32,000 nt of DNA. Origin: Pseudoalteromonas translucida KMM 520 (GTDB lineage Bacteria > Pseudomonadota > Gammaproteobacteria > Enterobacterales > Alteromonadaceae). The position numbers and the translations under genes are program-made. The stretch covers positions 3,060,001 to 3,092,000 of the forward strand of contig NZ_CP011034.1 in NCBI RefSeq assembly GCF_001465295.1, written 5' to 3'. A model generated the notes under the pieces. The model saw nothing but the letters and a program-made list of their open reading frames with translations. It ran no database searches and had not been told where the DNA came from. How positions within the stretch are numbered: the stretch's first letter is position 1; each line of letters opens with the position of its first letter. Shown here piece after piece: positions 17,993 to 27,249 of this stretch.

Positions 17993-18049
17993 ACCTCTTC
18001 ATAATCGTTTTTTACGAGTTGCCCCTGCAGCTCGATGATGAGGAATAAT

Positions 18050-18568
18050 ATGACTACTATCGTAAGTGTACGCCGCGGCAACAATGTTGTAATTGGCGGC
18101 GACGGCCAAGTTTCGCTTGGTAATACAGTAATGAAGGGCAATGCCCGTAAAGTTCGACGCCTCTATAATGGCAAAGTAATTGCTGGCTTTGCCGGCGGTA
18201 CTGCTGATGCCTTCACTCTTTTCGAACGCTTTGAAAGCAAACTAGAAATGCACCAAGGTAACCTCACTAAAGCCGCGGTTGAAATGGCCAAAGACTGGCG
18301 CAGCGATCGCGCTTTGCGCAAGCTCGAAGCGCTGCTTGCTGTAGCCGACGAAACGGCCTCTTTAATCATTACCGGTAATGGTGATGTAGTACAGCCAGAA
18401 AATGACTTAATTGCCATTGGCAGTGGCGGTAATTTTGCCCAATCGGCAGCAACTGCTTTACTGGAAAACACCGATTTAAGTGCTCGCGAAATAGTAGAAA
18501 AAAGCCTAACCATTGCAGGCAATATCTGCGTATTCACTAACGACTTTCAAACTATCGAAGAATTGTAA
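18050..18568 (+). CDS. hslV: ATP-dependent protease subunit HslV
   Basis: I place the start at the ATG at 18050, which gives MTTIVSVRR. HslV needs Thr2 as the N-terminal nucleophile after Met removal. A GAGGA Shine-Dalgarno lies 5 nt upstream of this ATG. The ORF-track start at 18035 adds 5 residues and is rejected. The rest is nearly identical to E. coli HslV. Confidence 0.95.
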   Translation: MTTIVSVRRGNNVVIGGDGQVSLGNTVMKGNARKVRRLYNGKVIAGFAGGTADAFTLFERFESKLEMHQGNLTKAAVEMAKDWRSDRALRKLEALLAVADETASLIITGNGDVVQPENDLIAIGSGGNFAQSAATALLENTDLSAREIVEKSLTIAGNICVFTNDFQTIEEL

Positions 18569-18579
18569 TAGGAACCGCT

Positions 18580-19908
18580 ATGTCTGCTATGACCCCAAGA
18601 GAAATTGTTCACGAGCTAGATCAGCACATTATTGGTCAAGCAAAGGCTAAAAAAGCCGTTGCTATTGCACTGCGTAACCGCTGGCGCCGGATGCAGTTAA
18701 GTGATGATTTACGTAATGAAGTAACGCCTAAAAATATTTTAATGATTGGTCCAACGGGTGTTGGTAAAACCGAAATTGCGCGTCGTTTAGCTAAACTTGC
18801 TAACGCGCCATTTATTAAAGTAGAAGCAACTAAGTTCACCGAAATTGGCTATGTTGGTAAGGAAGTAGAAACCATCATTCGCGATTTAGTCGATGTTGCG
18901 ATTAAAATGACGCGTGAGCAACAAACTAAAAAGTTTAAGCATCGCGCTGAAGAAGCAGCCGAAGAGCGTATTTTAGACGCGCTTTTACCACCAGCTAAAG
19001 ATCAATATGGCGAAAGCCAACGCGATGACAGCTCTTCAACTCGTCAAACGTTTCGTAAAAAGCTACGTGAAGGCCAATTAGATGACAAAGAAATCGAAAT
19101 TGATTTAGCTCAAGCACAACCAAACGTAGAAATTATGGCTCCTCCTGGTATGGAAGATATGACCAACCAGTTGCAAAGCATGTTTCAAAACATGGGTGGC
19201 GATAAGCGCACTAAACGTAAGCTAAAAATTAAAGAAGCCTTTAAACTATTAAGCGAAGAAGAAGCCGCTAAGCTAGTTAACCCTGAAGAGCTAAAAGAGC
19301 AGGCTATTTTTGCAGTTGAGCAAAATGGTATTGTGTTTATTGATGAAATAGACAAAATTTGTAAACGCGGTGACACATCAGGTCCAGACGTTAGCCGTGA
19401 AGGCGTACAACGCGATTTACTACCATTAATTGAAGGTTGTACGGTTAGCACTAAGCATGGCATGGTTAAAACTGATCATATGCTATTTATTGCCTCTGGC
19501 GCATTTCAAATGGCTAAGCCATCAGACATGATCCCTGAACTACAAGGTCGTCTTCCTATTCGTGTAGAGCTTGAAGCACTTACTGCTGATGACTTTAAAC
19601 GTATTTTAACAGAGCCGCATGCATCGCTTACCGAGCAGCAGCGTGAACTGCTTAAAACTGAGCAAGTTACTATTGAATTTAGTGATGATGCAATTGAGCG
19701 CATTGCTAAAGCCGCTTGGCAAGTTAACGAAAAAACCGAAAATATCGGTGCTCGTCGCTTACATACGGTAATGGAAAAACTAATGGAAGAAATTTCATAT
19801 GACGCTTCAGAGCAAGCCGGAACATCACTGCTGGTTGACGCCGCTTATGTTGAAAAACACTTAGGTGCGCTGGTTGAAGATGAAGACTTAAGCCGCTATA
19901 TTCTTTAA
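18580..19908 (+). CDS. hslU: ATP-dependent protease ATPase subunit HslU
   Basis: 442 aa. It has the HslU N-terminus [17 protein letters not shown], the Walker A motif [15 protein letters not shown], the Walker B motif IVFIDEIDK, and the C-terminus [10 protein letters not shown]. Confidence 0.97.
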   Translation: MSAMTPREIVHELDQHIIGQAKAKKAVAIALRNRWRRMQLSDDLRNEVTPKNILMIGPTGVGKTEIARRLAKLANAPFIKVEATKFTEIGYVGKEVETIIRDLVDVAIKMTREQQTKKFKHRAEEAAEERILDALLPPAKDQYGESQRDDSSSTRQTFRKKLREGQLDDKEIEIDLAQAQPNVEIMAPPGMEDMTNQLQSMFQNMGGDKRTKRKLKIKEAFKLLSEEEAAKLVNPEELKEQAIFAVEQNGIVFIDEIDKICKRGDTSGPDVSREGVQRDLLPLIEGCTVSTKHGMVKTDHMLFIASGAFQMAKPSDMIPELQGRLPIRVELEALTADDFKRILTEPHASLTEQQRELLKTEQVTIEFSDDAIERIAKAAWQVNEKTENIGARRLHTVMEKLMEEISYDASEQAGTSLLVDAAYVEKHLGALVEDEDLSRYIL

Positions 19909-19937
19909 TTAAAATTAGCTGCATAAACAGTTATACT

Positions 19938-19963
19938 AAAAGCCTCCGCACTGGGGGCTTTTT
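19938..19963 (+). terminator. intrinsic terminator after hslU
   Basis: The sequence is AAAAGCCTCC gcact GGGGGCTTTT. The stem is about 10 bp including one G-U pair, followed by a T-run. It ends only 12 nt before the next start codon. Confidence 0.7.
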
Positions 19964-19975
19964 AATGAGATAAAA

Positions 19976-20350
19976 ATGAAACACGTAACAAACGTACATT
20001 ACCACAGCGTTAGCAAAAATTTAGATGTTTACTTTGATGATGACAGCCAAGCCGTCTTTAGTTGTGAATTTTTACGTGTGCACTCTCCTTCTGCAGAAGT
20101 GCAAGGGCATGGCTCAGGGCCAATGAAATTAGTATTCAATAAACAGTCTGTTGGTATTAAAAACATTGCTCATGTTGGTCATTACGCACTGCGTATAGAT
20201 TTTGACGATGGTCACAATAGCGGGCTATTTAGCTGGCAATATTTTGCAAAGCTACAGGCGCAGCAAACAACTCTATGGGATGAATATTTAAAGCGGGTTA
20301 GTGAGCACAATAACTCTAAAGACAGCGTACCCATAAAGTTTATTCCTTAA
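19976..20350 (+). CDS. DUF971 family protein (gamma-butyrobetaine hydroxylase-like N-terminal domain)
   Basis: 124 aa. The motifs FLRVHSPSAEVQGHG and VGHYALRIDFDDGHNSGLFSWQYF are the signature I associate with proteobacterial DUF971 proteins. The function is unknown. Confidence 0.75.
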   Translation: MKHVTNVHYHSVSKNLDVYFDDDSQAVFSCEFLRVHSPSAEVQGHGSGPMKLVFNKQSVGIKNIAHVGHYALRIDFDDGHNSGLFSWQYFAKLQAQQTTLWDEYLKRVSEHNNSKDSVPIKFIP

Positions 20351-20377
20351 ACTATACGGGTACTTTATTGCTAAGTT

Positions 20378-22258
20378 TTAAACCTTAAATTTGTCAATTG
20401 CAGCAAAAAGCACTCGTGCTTGCGCTGATACTTCTTCGCTTGTTTGCGCATTGTTAGCAGCGTGCCCTGAGGTGTTTCTGGCAATATCACGAATACTTAC
20501 CACATTTTTATTTACTTCAGATGCTACTTGGCTTTGCTGATCAATTGCTACAGCAATTTGTGTGCTCATTTCCATAATCGTTTGCACATCTTCGGTTATT
20601 GCTCCGAGTAACTCACCAGCTCTATTTGCTTGCGACGCACTTTCATCACCTTGTGAGCGACACTGGTGCATAATACTCACCACTTCTTGAGTGCGCTGTT
20701 GTAGAGTATTTATTATACCTTCTATTTCACTTGTAGACTCTTGTGTTCGCTGAGCCAATGAGCGCACTTCATCTGCAACCACAGCAAACCCTCGGCCTTG
20801 CTCGCCCGCTCTAGCGGCTTCAATAGCGGCGTTTAACGCTAACAAGTTAGTTTGATCGGCTATTGCACGAATAACATCAAGCACAGAACCTATTGTTTCA
20901 CCGTCTTTTTCTAATAAAGAAACAACACTTGACGCATGCTCTAAAGAATCAGACAACCCTCTAATATGCGCGACGGTTGACTCAACCTCACTACGACCTT
21001 GTTGCGCACTTAAATTAGTTGATTCTGCTTTTTTAGCCGCAGCTTCGGTATTATGTGAAATATCTTGAATGGTCGCCTGCATTTCGGTCGCCGCGGTGGC
21101 CACCATATCGGCTTCATGTAATTGATCTTGCATACCCGAGCTGGTTGCTGCGGTACTTTCTGATAAATTTTCAGTAGCGATATTTAACGCATTTAAAGCC
21201 CCATTCACCTCGTTTATAAGGCTATTAAAGTCACCAATTAAGCTATTAAAATCTTTCGACATAATCGTAATTTCGTCATTGCCAATTTGCTCAATAGTTA
21301 CTGTTAAATCATTATTGCGTCGAATCTTGTTTATAGATTGGTAAATACGCTCTACAGGTACAATAATAGAGCGACTGGTTAAGTAAACCAGGGTTAAAAC
21401 TATAATACCCGATATAATAAACACCATAATAGCGACCGACTGTGCTTTAGCTATACTGGCTTCAACTTGCAATTTAGTATCTGCTACTAGCTGCATTACC
21501 AACTGATCACTTTGCTCTACACTTTGTTGCATGCGGCCAAGTGCGCCTGAGTCTAGATCGACACCTAATTCAAGCTGCGCTTTTACCAATGCTTGAAAGG
21601 CACTTTGATAATTAGACAGTAGGCTTTTTAAGTTACTTTTAATATTTTGACTTAGTGATGAGCTCGCTATTTTTTGCTGTAACGTATCAACATGATCTTG
21701 AAAACTTGCTAAATATTTTTCATCTAAACGTAACATAAAGTCTTTTTCGGCACGTCTTAACTGTAGCATTAGGGTCAATAGTTGATATTCATCTTGTTGA
21801 TTGAGCAAACTTTCTACTTCGTGTACAGCACTTCGCAGTTGCCCATAAAGCCCATCGTCTTGATGTAAGCCAATACTTTTTTGCAGCCGCACAACATCAT
21901 TAAAATCACTGTAAAAGCTTTTTATTAAACGCGTATAGAGGGTTATCTGTTGTGTATCAATCTCTGAGTCTTGCATTTGCGATTGTAGTTCAATTATTTG
22001 TTTATTTAACTGTGCGTACTCTTGTTCAAATAATGAGAGTGCTTGTGGCTGTTTATAAAACAAAAATGTTTTTTCATGTGCACTTAACTGCAACTGATGA
22101 ATGTTTAACTGCTCGGCCTGTTGCGTGATATTAGTTAACTTTAACGTGGTTTGTGAACCTGTGATAATTACATATAAAAAAGCCAGCATGGCCAAAGCAA
22201 CTGTTAAAGCATTTAGCTGTAAACGTCGCTTAATGGTCACGTTTTGTAAAACAATCAT
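20378..22258 (-). CDS. methyl-accepting chemotaxis protein with a large helical periplasmic sensor domain
   Basis: 626 aa. TM1 spans about residues 17-35, followed by an all-helical periplasmic region of about 240 aa containing [13 protein letters not shown]2 spans about residues 272-295, followed by a HAMP domain. The highly conserved MCP hairpin tip is present ([37 protein letters not shown]). There is no C-terminal NWETF-type pentapeptide. Confidence 0.93.
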   Translation of the reverse strand: MIVLQNVTIKRRLQLNALTVALAMLAFLYVIITGSQTTLKLTNITQQAEQLNIHQLQLSAHEKTFLFYKQPQALSLFEQEYAQLNKQIIELQSQMQDSEIDTQQITLYTRLIKSFYSDFNDVVRLQKSIGLHQDDGLYGQLRSAVHEVESLLNQQDEYQLLTLMLQLRRAEKDFMLRLDEKYLASFQDHVDTLQQKIASSSLSQNIKSNLKSLLSNYQSAFQALVKAQLELGVDLDSGALGRMQQSVEQSDQLVMQLVADTKLQVEASIAKAQSVAIMVFIISGIIVLTLVYLTSRSIIVPVERIYQSINKIRRNNDLTVTIEQIGNDEITIMSKDFNSLIGDFNSLINEVNGALNALNIATENLSESTAATSSGMQDQLHEADMVATAATEMQATIQDISHNTEAAAKKAESTNLSAQQGRSEVESTVAHIRGLSDSLEHASSVVSLLEKDGETIGSVLDVIRAIADQTNLLALNAAIEAARAGEQGRGFAVVADEVRSLAQRTQESTSEIEGIINTLQQRTQEVVSIMHQCRSQGDESASQANRAGELLGAITEDVQTIMEMSTQIAVAIDQQSQVASEVNKNVVSIRDIARNTSGHAANNAQTSEEVSAQARVLFAAIDKFKV

Positions 22259-22448
22259 TGTTACACCTTTAAAAATTTAATGAGCAACTTTGTTACTTAC
22301 ACTTAAATAACTTAAGCTTTTAACAAAGAAATAAATACCGAAAAACACTAAAACACCTGCACTGCTGAGCACTATTTAAAGTGACGTTATTTAACTTACT
22401 TAGCCACGCAATTATTTAGTCGCGGATTATATGCCAGCATTAACTTAA

Positions 22449-22469
22449 GGCCTATAAATTGTATAGGCC
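22449..22469. repeat. inverted repeat GGCCTATA aattg TATAGGCC in the MCP/rraA divergent intergenic region
   Basis: Perfect 8-bp arms with a 5-nt spacer, read directly from the sequence. It lies upstream of both flanking genes, so it is a possible operator or RNA hairpin. The function is unknown. Confidence 0.5.
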
Positions 22470-22592
22470 AATGATTACAAATTATTTATTAGCGGCCTAC
22501 TTTGCCTAAATTTACTGCGATTAAGTCGTTGTTATTGCATATAAGGAGGGTATACTGAAGTATAAACTAATGTATCTTTTGAGGATAAAATA

Positions 22593-23090
22593 ATGGATTA
22601 CAGCACTTCTGATTTATGTGACCACTTTGCCGATGTGGTTGACGTGCTTGAACCTATGTTCATCAACTTTGGTGGCCGACACAGCTTTGGTGGCCGCATT
22701 AAAACGGTTAAATGTTTTGAAAATAATGAACTTATCCGTGAATTACTTTCTCAAGATGGTACAGACCTAGTGCTACTTATTGACGGTGGCGGTTCTACTC
22801 GTCGTGCACTTATCGATATTGAACTGGCCGAACTTGCACTTGAAAACAACTGGCAAGGTATTATTGTTTACGGGGCTGTACGCCACGTAGACGAAATTGA
22901 AGAGCTTGATTTAGGCATTCAAGCCATTGCCTCTATTCCGGTTGCAGCAGATAGCCAAGGCGCAGGCGAAGACGGCATTGGGGTTAACTTTGCTGGCGTA
23001 TCGTTTTTTGATGATGACTTTATTTATGCCGACAGCACCGGCATCGTATTATCGGCAGAAGAGCTAGAACTGGAAATCGTAGAAATTTAA
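22593..23090 (+). CDS. rraA: regulator of RNase E activity RraA
   Basis: 165 aa. The motifs TSDLCD, VLEPMF.NFGGR.SFGG.I.TVKCFE.N, DGGGS.RRAL and YGAVR.VDE.EELD.GIQA are collinear with E. coli RraA. A GAGGA Shine-Dalgarno lies 7 nt upstream. Confidence 0.95.
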   Translation: MDYSTSDLCDHFADVVDVLEPMFINFGGRHSFGGRIKTVKCFENNELIRELLSQDGTDLVLLIDGGGSTRRALIDIELAELALENNWQGIIVYGAVRHVDEIEELDLGIQAIASIPVAADSQGAGEDGIGVNFAGVSFFDDDFIYADSTGIVLSAEELELEIVEI

Positions 23091-23091
23091 C

Positions 23092-24141
23092 GTGGCGCAC
23101 TATTTAAACGTTTACGATGAAAGCGCGGTTAAGTCGTTTTGCACTAGTCGCGCTAACGAAACCAAAGTATGGCAGTCAATGTCATTACTCGATACCGACG
23201 TAAATATACAACAAGCGCTTAGCGATGCCGCACAATTTGGCATGCGCTACGTGTTACTGGGTATTTGTGAAGATATTGGCCCAAAAGCAAACTTAGGAGC
23301 CGGGGGTGCAGAGCAAGCATGGCCGGCTTTTTTACAACGTTTTTTAAACCAGCCTTATAATCAATTTATTGCCACGCAAAAAGTACTGTTACTTGGCGAA
23401 GTGCACACCGCTGATTTAATGGCGCAAAGCGCTCTACTCGACAACCAAAACCCTGCCCATTTAACACAGTTGCGTGAGCTATGTGAGCAACTTGATCAAC
23501 GCGTAGAAGCTATATTAAGTTTAATATTTAAAGCGGGGCTTGAACCCATTGTTATTGGTGGTGGCCATAATAATTGCTTAGGTATTATAAAAGCGTTAGC
23601 TAAGTATAAAAACACCGCTATTAACGCTATAAATTTTGATCCCCACGCTGACTTTCGAGAATGCGAAGGCCGCCACAGTGGGAATGGCTTTAGCTATGCG
23701 TACAGCGCGCAGTGTTTAAAGAGTTACCATGTTATTGGCTTGCACGAGCTAAAAAACAATCAAGCTATTATAGATGCGTTAACCGCAGCTAATTTTACTT
23801 TTAATAGCTATCAGTCAATCGCCGTTAAGCGTGAAATTAATCTAACTCAAGCAGTGAGTAATGCGCTGGAGAGTTTTGATGCAGCACCTCTAGGCGTTGA
23901 GGTTGATTTAGATAGCATTGCATTTATGCCTGTAAGTGCTTATACCTGTAGTGGTTTTAGTGTAAGTGACGCTGAGCACTTTGTACATTTAGCCGCAAGT
24001 AACCGCCATTCTCACTATTTACACTTATGCGAAGCAGCTCCTATTCAACATCCCAGCGGGATTGAAGCCGGTAAAGTGCATTGCGGACAAGTTATTAGCG
24101 CACTAGTGAATAGTTACCTGCAAGCCAAAGAGTCCGTTTAA
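23092..24141 (+). CDS. hutG: arginase/ureohydrolase-family enzyme, probable formimidoylglutamase
   Basis: 349 aa. The binuclear-metal ligand motifs of the arginase family are retained: GGGHNN (GGDHS position), FDPHADF (DxHxD) and EVDLDS (DxD). The GGGH variant and the LGICEDIGPKANLGAGGA segment resemble formimidoylglutamases as I remember them. It lies beside hutI/C/U/H, which otherwise lack the fourth step of the pathway. The GTG start at 23092 is 1 nt after the rraA stop and is uncertain; the next in-frame ATG is at 23179. Confidence 0.65.
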   Translation: MAHYLNVYDESAVKSFCTSRANETKVWQSMSLLDTDVNIQQALSDAAQFGMRYVLLGICEDIGPKANLGAGGAEQAWPAFLQRFLNQPYNQFIATQKVLLLGEVHTADLMAQSALLDNQNPAHLTQLRELCEQLDQRVEAILSLIFKAGLEPIVIGGGHNNCLGIIKALAKYKNTAINAINFDPHADFRECEGRHSGNGFSYAYSAQCLKSYHVIGLHELKNNQAIIDALTAANFTFNSYQSIAVKREINLTQAVSNALESFDAAPLGVEVDLDSIAFMPVSAYTCSGFSVSDAEHFVHLAASNRHSHYLHLCEAAPIQHPSGIEAGKVHCGQVISALVNSYLQAKESV

Positions 24142-25907
24142 TTACTTTGCTGCTGTGCTAATTGCCACTGCTTTAACCAGCTCATTAAACCAACACTGCT
24201 TAATGGGTGGCCAAAATAATAGCCTTGTGCGGCATAGCCTTTTAGACTTTTTACAAATTTAAGCTGATCTAGGGTTTCAACCCCTTCAAAAATAACCTTA
24301 GTACTTTGTTGATTATGCATTTGCACCATACCAACAACTAAGCTGCGAATATTGTTTTGATTACTAAAATCAGCAGTTAATGCTGGTGCGACTTTAATGT
24401 ACTCTACCGCTAAACTAGGTAACTTAGAGAGCGAAACGGGGTTATCGCCCAAGCCATCAACACACACTTTTAAGCCTATATTATTAAGCCGCGCAATCAT
24501 GGCTCGTCCTTTGTCATCTAGGTTAGTAAAAATATGTAGCGGGCACTCAACAATTAAATCGCCAGGCCTTAAGTTATGCTCTTTCATAGCACTCGTTACA
24601 AATTCTACAAACTCTTCATTGAGCATTTCAGGGCCAAATACATTAATGCTCAATGGCACTGCAAAGCCCTCCATACGTAATGCCATTGCAAGTTCAGCGG
24701 CGCGCTCTATAACAAATATAGCCAGTGGGTAAGCAAGCCCTGCAATTCTAATATCATCAATAAAACGACTCGCTGAAAGTATGCCTTGCTTAGGATGCTG
24801 CCAGCGCAGTAATAGTTCTAAAAACTCAATTTGGCCATTATCATTTACAATAACCGGCTGAAAATACAGCTCGAACTCATTGGTAAAGTCAATTTCTGCA
24901 AGCTCTTTTAATCGTGCTTGCTGCTCTAACTGCTCGATCATCATTTGTTGATGATAAGCAACTACCTGTTGTTTTGGCTGGCTATCAAGTGCTAAGTAAG
25001 CCGATTTAATTAAATTATCAAAGTCATCATCTTGCTCATTACAATGTACATAGCTTGCTCTTGCGGTCACTTCTATAGTGCAGTTAGCTACATTAAAGGG
25101 TTTAAGTGTAGCGCCGAATATTTCGGTTATTATTTTTTCATGCAAGTGTTTATGGCTGGCTAAATTACAAATGAAGGCAAAGTTAAGCCCTCCTAAATGG
25201 GCTAGTTTTTCATCGTCTTCTAACGATACAATGCCATCATTATTGAGTAATTCTTTTATTCTATTCGCCGACTGAGCAAGCAATAAATCACCAAAATCAC
25301 GCCCAATATGCTGGTTTACTTGCTCGAAACCTTCTAAACGAAGAATTACCAACGCCCCTAGTGACGGCGCTTTATTACGCCACATATTATAACCTTGACG
25401 TAATTTTTGTTTATCGGCAAAAGAGGCCAGCGGAGAGCTTTCGATGTAATGATCAGGCGCTGCTTGCTGTTGTTTTAAGGGCGCTTGATTAAGTGCCTCA
25501 TTATTAGTAACAAACCCAGTTAATGATAATAACAACACCGCAATAACAACCCAAAACAGTGCAATACCAAACGCTGCAATGACTATAAGTAATGCTATAA
25601 ACAACACCGCAGCAAGTGCACTTAATATAATTAACAGCTTGTTTTTATGTACAATTGCATGCCACAAATTAAAGCCAAAACCTAATGCGAGTAAAGCGCT
25701 AAGCCATGCAGCGCCACTGCTTAAAATAGCCAACCCTATTAACCCTGTGCATAAATAGCTTAATCTAGATGCCGTATTTTTTACGCTCAGCAAGGTGGCG
25801 ATCATCGCCATAAATAAAGCGCCACTAAAAAAAATCGGCAAGCCGCTGTCGCTAAGTAAGCCCAAATTAGCACTACTGGTACTGGCTAAAAAATTAAATA
25901 AAAGCAT
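24138..25907 (-). CDS. membrane protein with degenerate GGDEF-like and EAL domains (c-di-GMP signalling family)
   Basis: 589 aa with about five hydrophobic segments in the first 135 aa. The GGDEF-like domain (LVILRLEGFEQVNQHIGRDFGDLLL...AHLGGLNFAFI) has GGLNF in place of GGDEF. The EAL domain retains YFQPVI, LELLLRW, SINV, FEGVET and QGYYFG. It lies 41 nt downstream of hutI on the same strand. Confidence 0.85.
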   Translation of the reverse strand: MLLFNFLASTSSANLGLLSDSGLPIFFSGALFMAMIATLLSVKNTASRLSYLCTGLIGLAILSSGAAWLSALLALGFGFNLWHAIVHKNKLLIILSALAAVLFIALLIVIAAFGIALFWVVIAVLLLSLTGFVTNNEALNQAPLKQQQAAPDHYIESSPLASFADKQKLRQGYNMWRNKAPSLGALVILRLEGFEQVNQHIGRDFGDLLLAQSANRIKELLNNDGIVSLEDDEKLAHLGGLNFAFICNLASHKHLHEKIITEIFGATLKPFNVANCTIEVTARASYVHCNEQDDDFDNLIKSAYLALDSQPKQQVVAYHQQMMIEQLEQQARLKELAEIDFTNEFELYFQPVIVNDNGQIEFLELLLRWQHPKQGILSASRFIDDIRIAGLAYPLAIFVIERAAELAMALRMEGFAVPLSINVFGPEMLNEEFVEFVTSAMKEHNLRPGDLIVECPLHIFTNLDDKGRAMIARLNNIGLKVCVDGLGDNPVSLSKLPSLAVEYIKVAPALTADFSNQNNIRSLVVGMVQMHNQQSTKVIFEGVETLDQLKFVKSLKGYAAQGYYFGHPLSSVGLMSWLKQWQLAQQQSN

Positions 25908-25948
25908 AAATATTAAGGCCTACTTATCGATCTGGGGTAAAGGTGTGA

Positions 25949-27196
25949 CTAATTAAGTTTACCCATAATCCATAAATTTAACAGTTTATTTACCCCAAAC
26001 TGGTAACTTAATTGTGCTGGATGGCTTATTTGCCAATGTGCAATGTCGGCCCTCGCACCTACTTTTAAAACCCCGCGGTCTGTTAATCCTAAAGCTTTAG
26101 CAGCATTACGGGTTACTCCCGCAAGTGACTGCTCGGGTGTTAATCTAAATAATGTACATGCCATATTCATCATTAATTGTAGCGAGCACAGCGGTGAGGT
26201 ACCCGGATTAAAGTCGCTAGCAATAGCTATAGGCACTTTATATTGATTAAGCAAAGCTATTGGCGGAAGTTGCGTTTCTCTTAAAAAGTAAAATGCGCCA
26301 GGCAACAATACCGCCACTGTGCCCGCCTGTGCCATCGCTTTTACCCCATCTTCATCTAGGTATTCAATATGATCAGCCGACAGCCCGTTAAATTGCGCCA
26401 CCAGCTCTGCACCGTGTTGATTAGAGAGTTGCTCGGCATGGCATTTTACTGGCAAGTTATGTTTTTTTGCCGCCTCGAATACCCGCTTGGTTTGGGTATA
26501 GCTAAAGCCTACATTCTCACAAAAAACATCAACCGCATCAGCAAGGTTATTAGCCACTACCTGATCAAGCATATCGTTACATACTAAATCAATATAGTCA
26601 TCGCTACGCCCTTTGTACTCTGGTGGTAGCGCATGCGCCCCTAAAAAGGTGGTTTTAATATTAATAGGGTGATGCTCATCAAGTAAACGCGCCACTTCTA
26701 ATATTTTTATTTCGTTGGCTATATCGAGCCCATAACCCGACTTTATTTCAACTGTTGTCACGCCCTCTGCAAGCAAGGTATTTAGCCTGTCTTTGGCGGC
26801 TACAAATAACTGCTCATGATCAGCTGCACGGGTGGCTTTAACTGTACTAGTTATACCGCCGCCTTGGGCAGCAATTTGTTCATAACTCAACCCTTGTAAG
26901 CGCTGCTCAAACTCCTCTGCTCTAGAGCCTGCAAACACTAAATGCGTGTGACAATCTATTAACCCTGGGGTTAACCATTGCCCTTTTATGCTCAAGGTAG
27001 GCGTTGCAAACACATCAAAACTAGGTAAGTTTTTTTGCTCACCTAGCCACATAATTTTTCCATTTTTAATTGCTAAGGCTGCATTTTCTATTGCGCCATA
27101 AGGCGCGTCTACAGTGCTATCCATAGTGGCAATGTTGGCATCGGTAAGCAGTAAATCAATATCTTCTAATTCATAATCTAATGTTGCACTTTGCAT
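25949..27196 (-). CDS. hutI: imidazolonepropionase
   Basis: Amidohydrolase superfamily, with [13 protein letters not shown], the metal-ligand histidines and [10 protein letters not shown] place the start at the ATG at 27196 (MQSATLDYE...), giving 415 aa. The ORF-track start at 27262 is a TTG that lies inside the HutC operator palindrome and adds 22 residues of atypical sequence. Confidence 0.9.
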   Translation of the reverse strand: MQSATLDYELEDIDLLLTDANIATMDSTVDAPYGAIENAALAIKNGKIMWLGEQKNLPSFDVFATPTLSIKGQWLTPGLIDCHTHLVFAGSRAEEFEQRLQGLSYEQIAAQGGGITSTVKATRAADHEQLFVAAKDRLNTLLAEGVTTVEIKSGYGLDIANEIKILEVARLLDEHHPINIKTTFLGAHALPPEYKGRSDDYIDLVCNDMLDQVVANNLADAVDVFCENVGFSYTQTKRVFEAAKKHNLPVKCHAEQLSNQHGAELVAQFNGLSADHIEYLDEDGVKAMAQAGTVAVLLPGAFYFLRETQLPPIALLNQYKVPIAIASDFNPGTSPLCSLQLMMNMACTLFRLTPEQSLAGVTRNAAKALGLTDRGVLKVGARADIAHWQISHPAQLSYQFGVNKLLNLWIMGKLN

Positions 27197-27249
27197 ATTG
27201 CGCGCTCTTGTGTTTTTTATAATGACTAAAATATAGTCTAACAATCCAT

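Noticed and set aside
18035-18049. A five-codon extension (MMRNN) of hslV.
   Set aside because: It would bury the catalytic N-terminal threonine, and the GAGGA Shine-Dalgarno for the ATG at 18050 lies inside it.
19938-20350. The DUF971 gene starting 12 nt after the hslU terminator, considered as a regulated read-through (attenuation) arrangement.
   Set aside because: This is a plausible idea, but the only evidence is proximity. A promoter inside the 3' end of hslU is equally possible, and I see no alternative pairing structure.
22449-22469. The inverted repeat GGCCTATAaattgTATAGGCC as a second HutC operator controlling rraA and the hutG-like gene.
   Set aside because: Only a TTGTATA half-site resembles the hut operator. 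The symmetric partner (TACAA) is absent and the palindrome has a different core, so I cannot support a HutC assignment.
24138-25907. Equating the degenerate GGDEF/EAL protein with CsrD, which is tempting because rraA, an RNase E regulator, is two genes away.
   Set aside because: As I recall it, CsrD has two TM segments plus a HAMP-like region, not a five-segment polytopic N-terminus. Proximity to rraA is separated by a convergent gene boundary. Nothing in the sequence specifically supports orthology.
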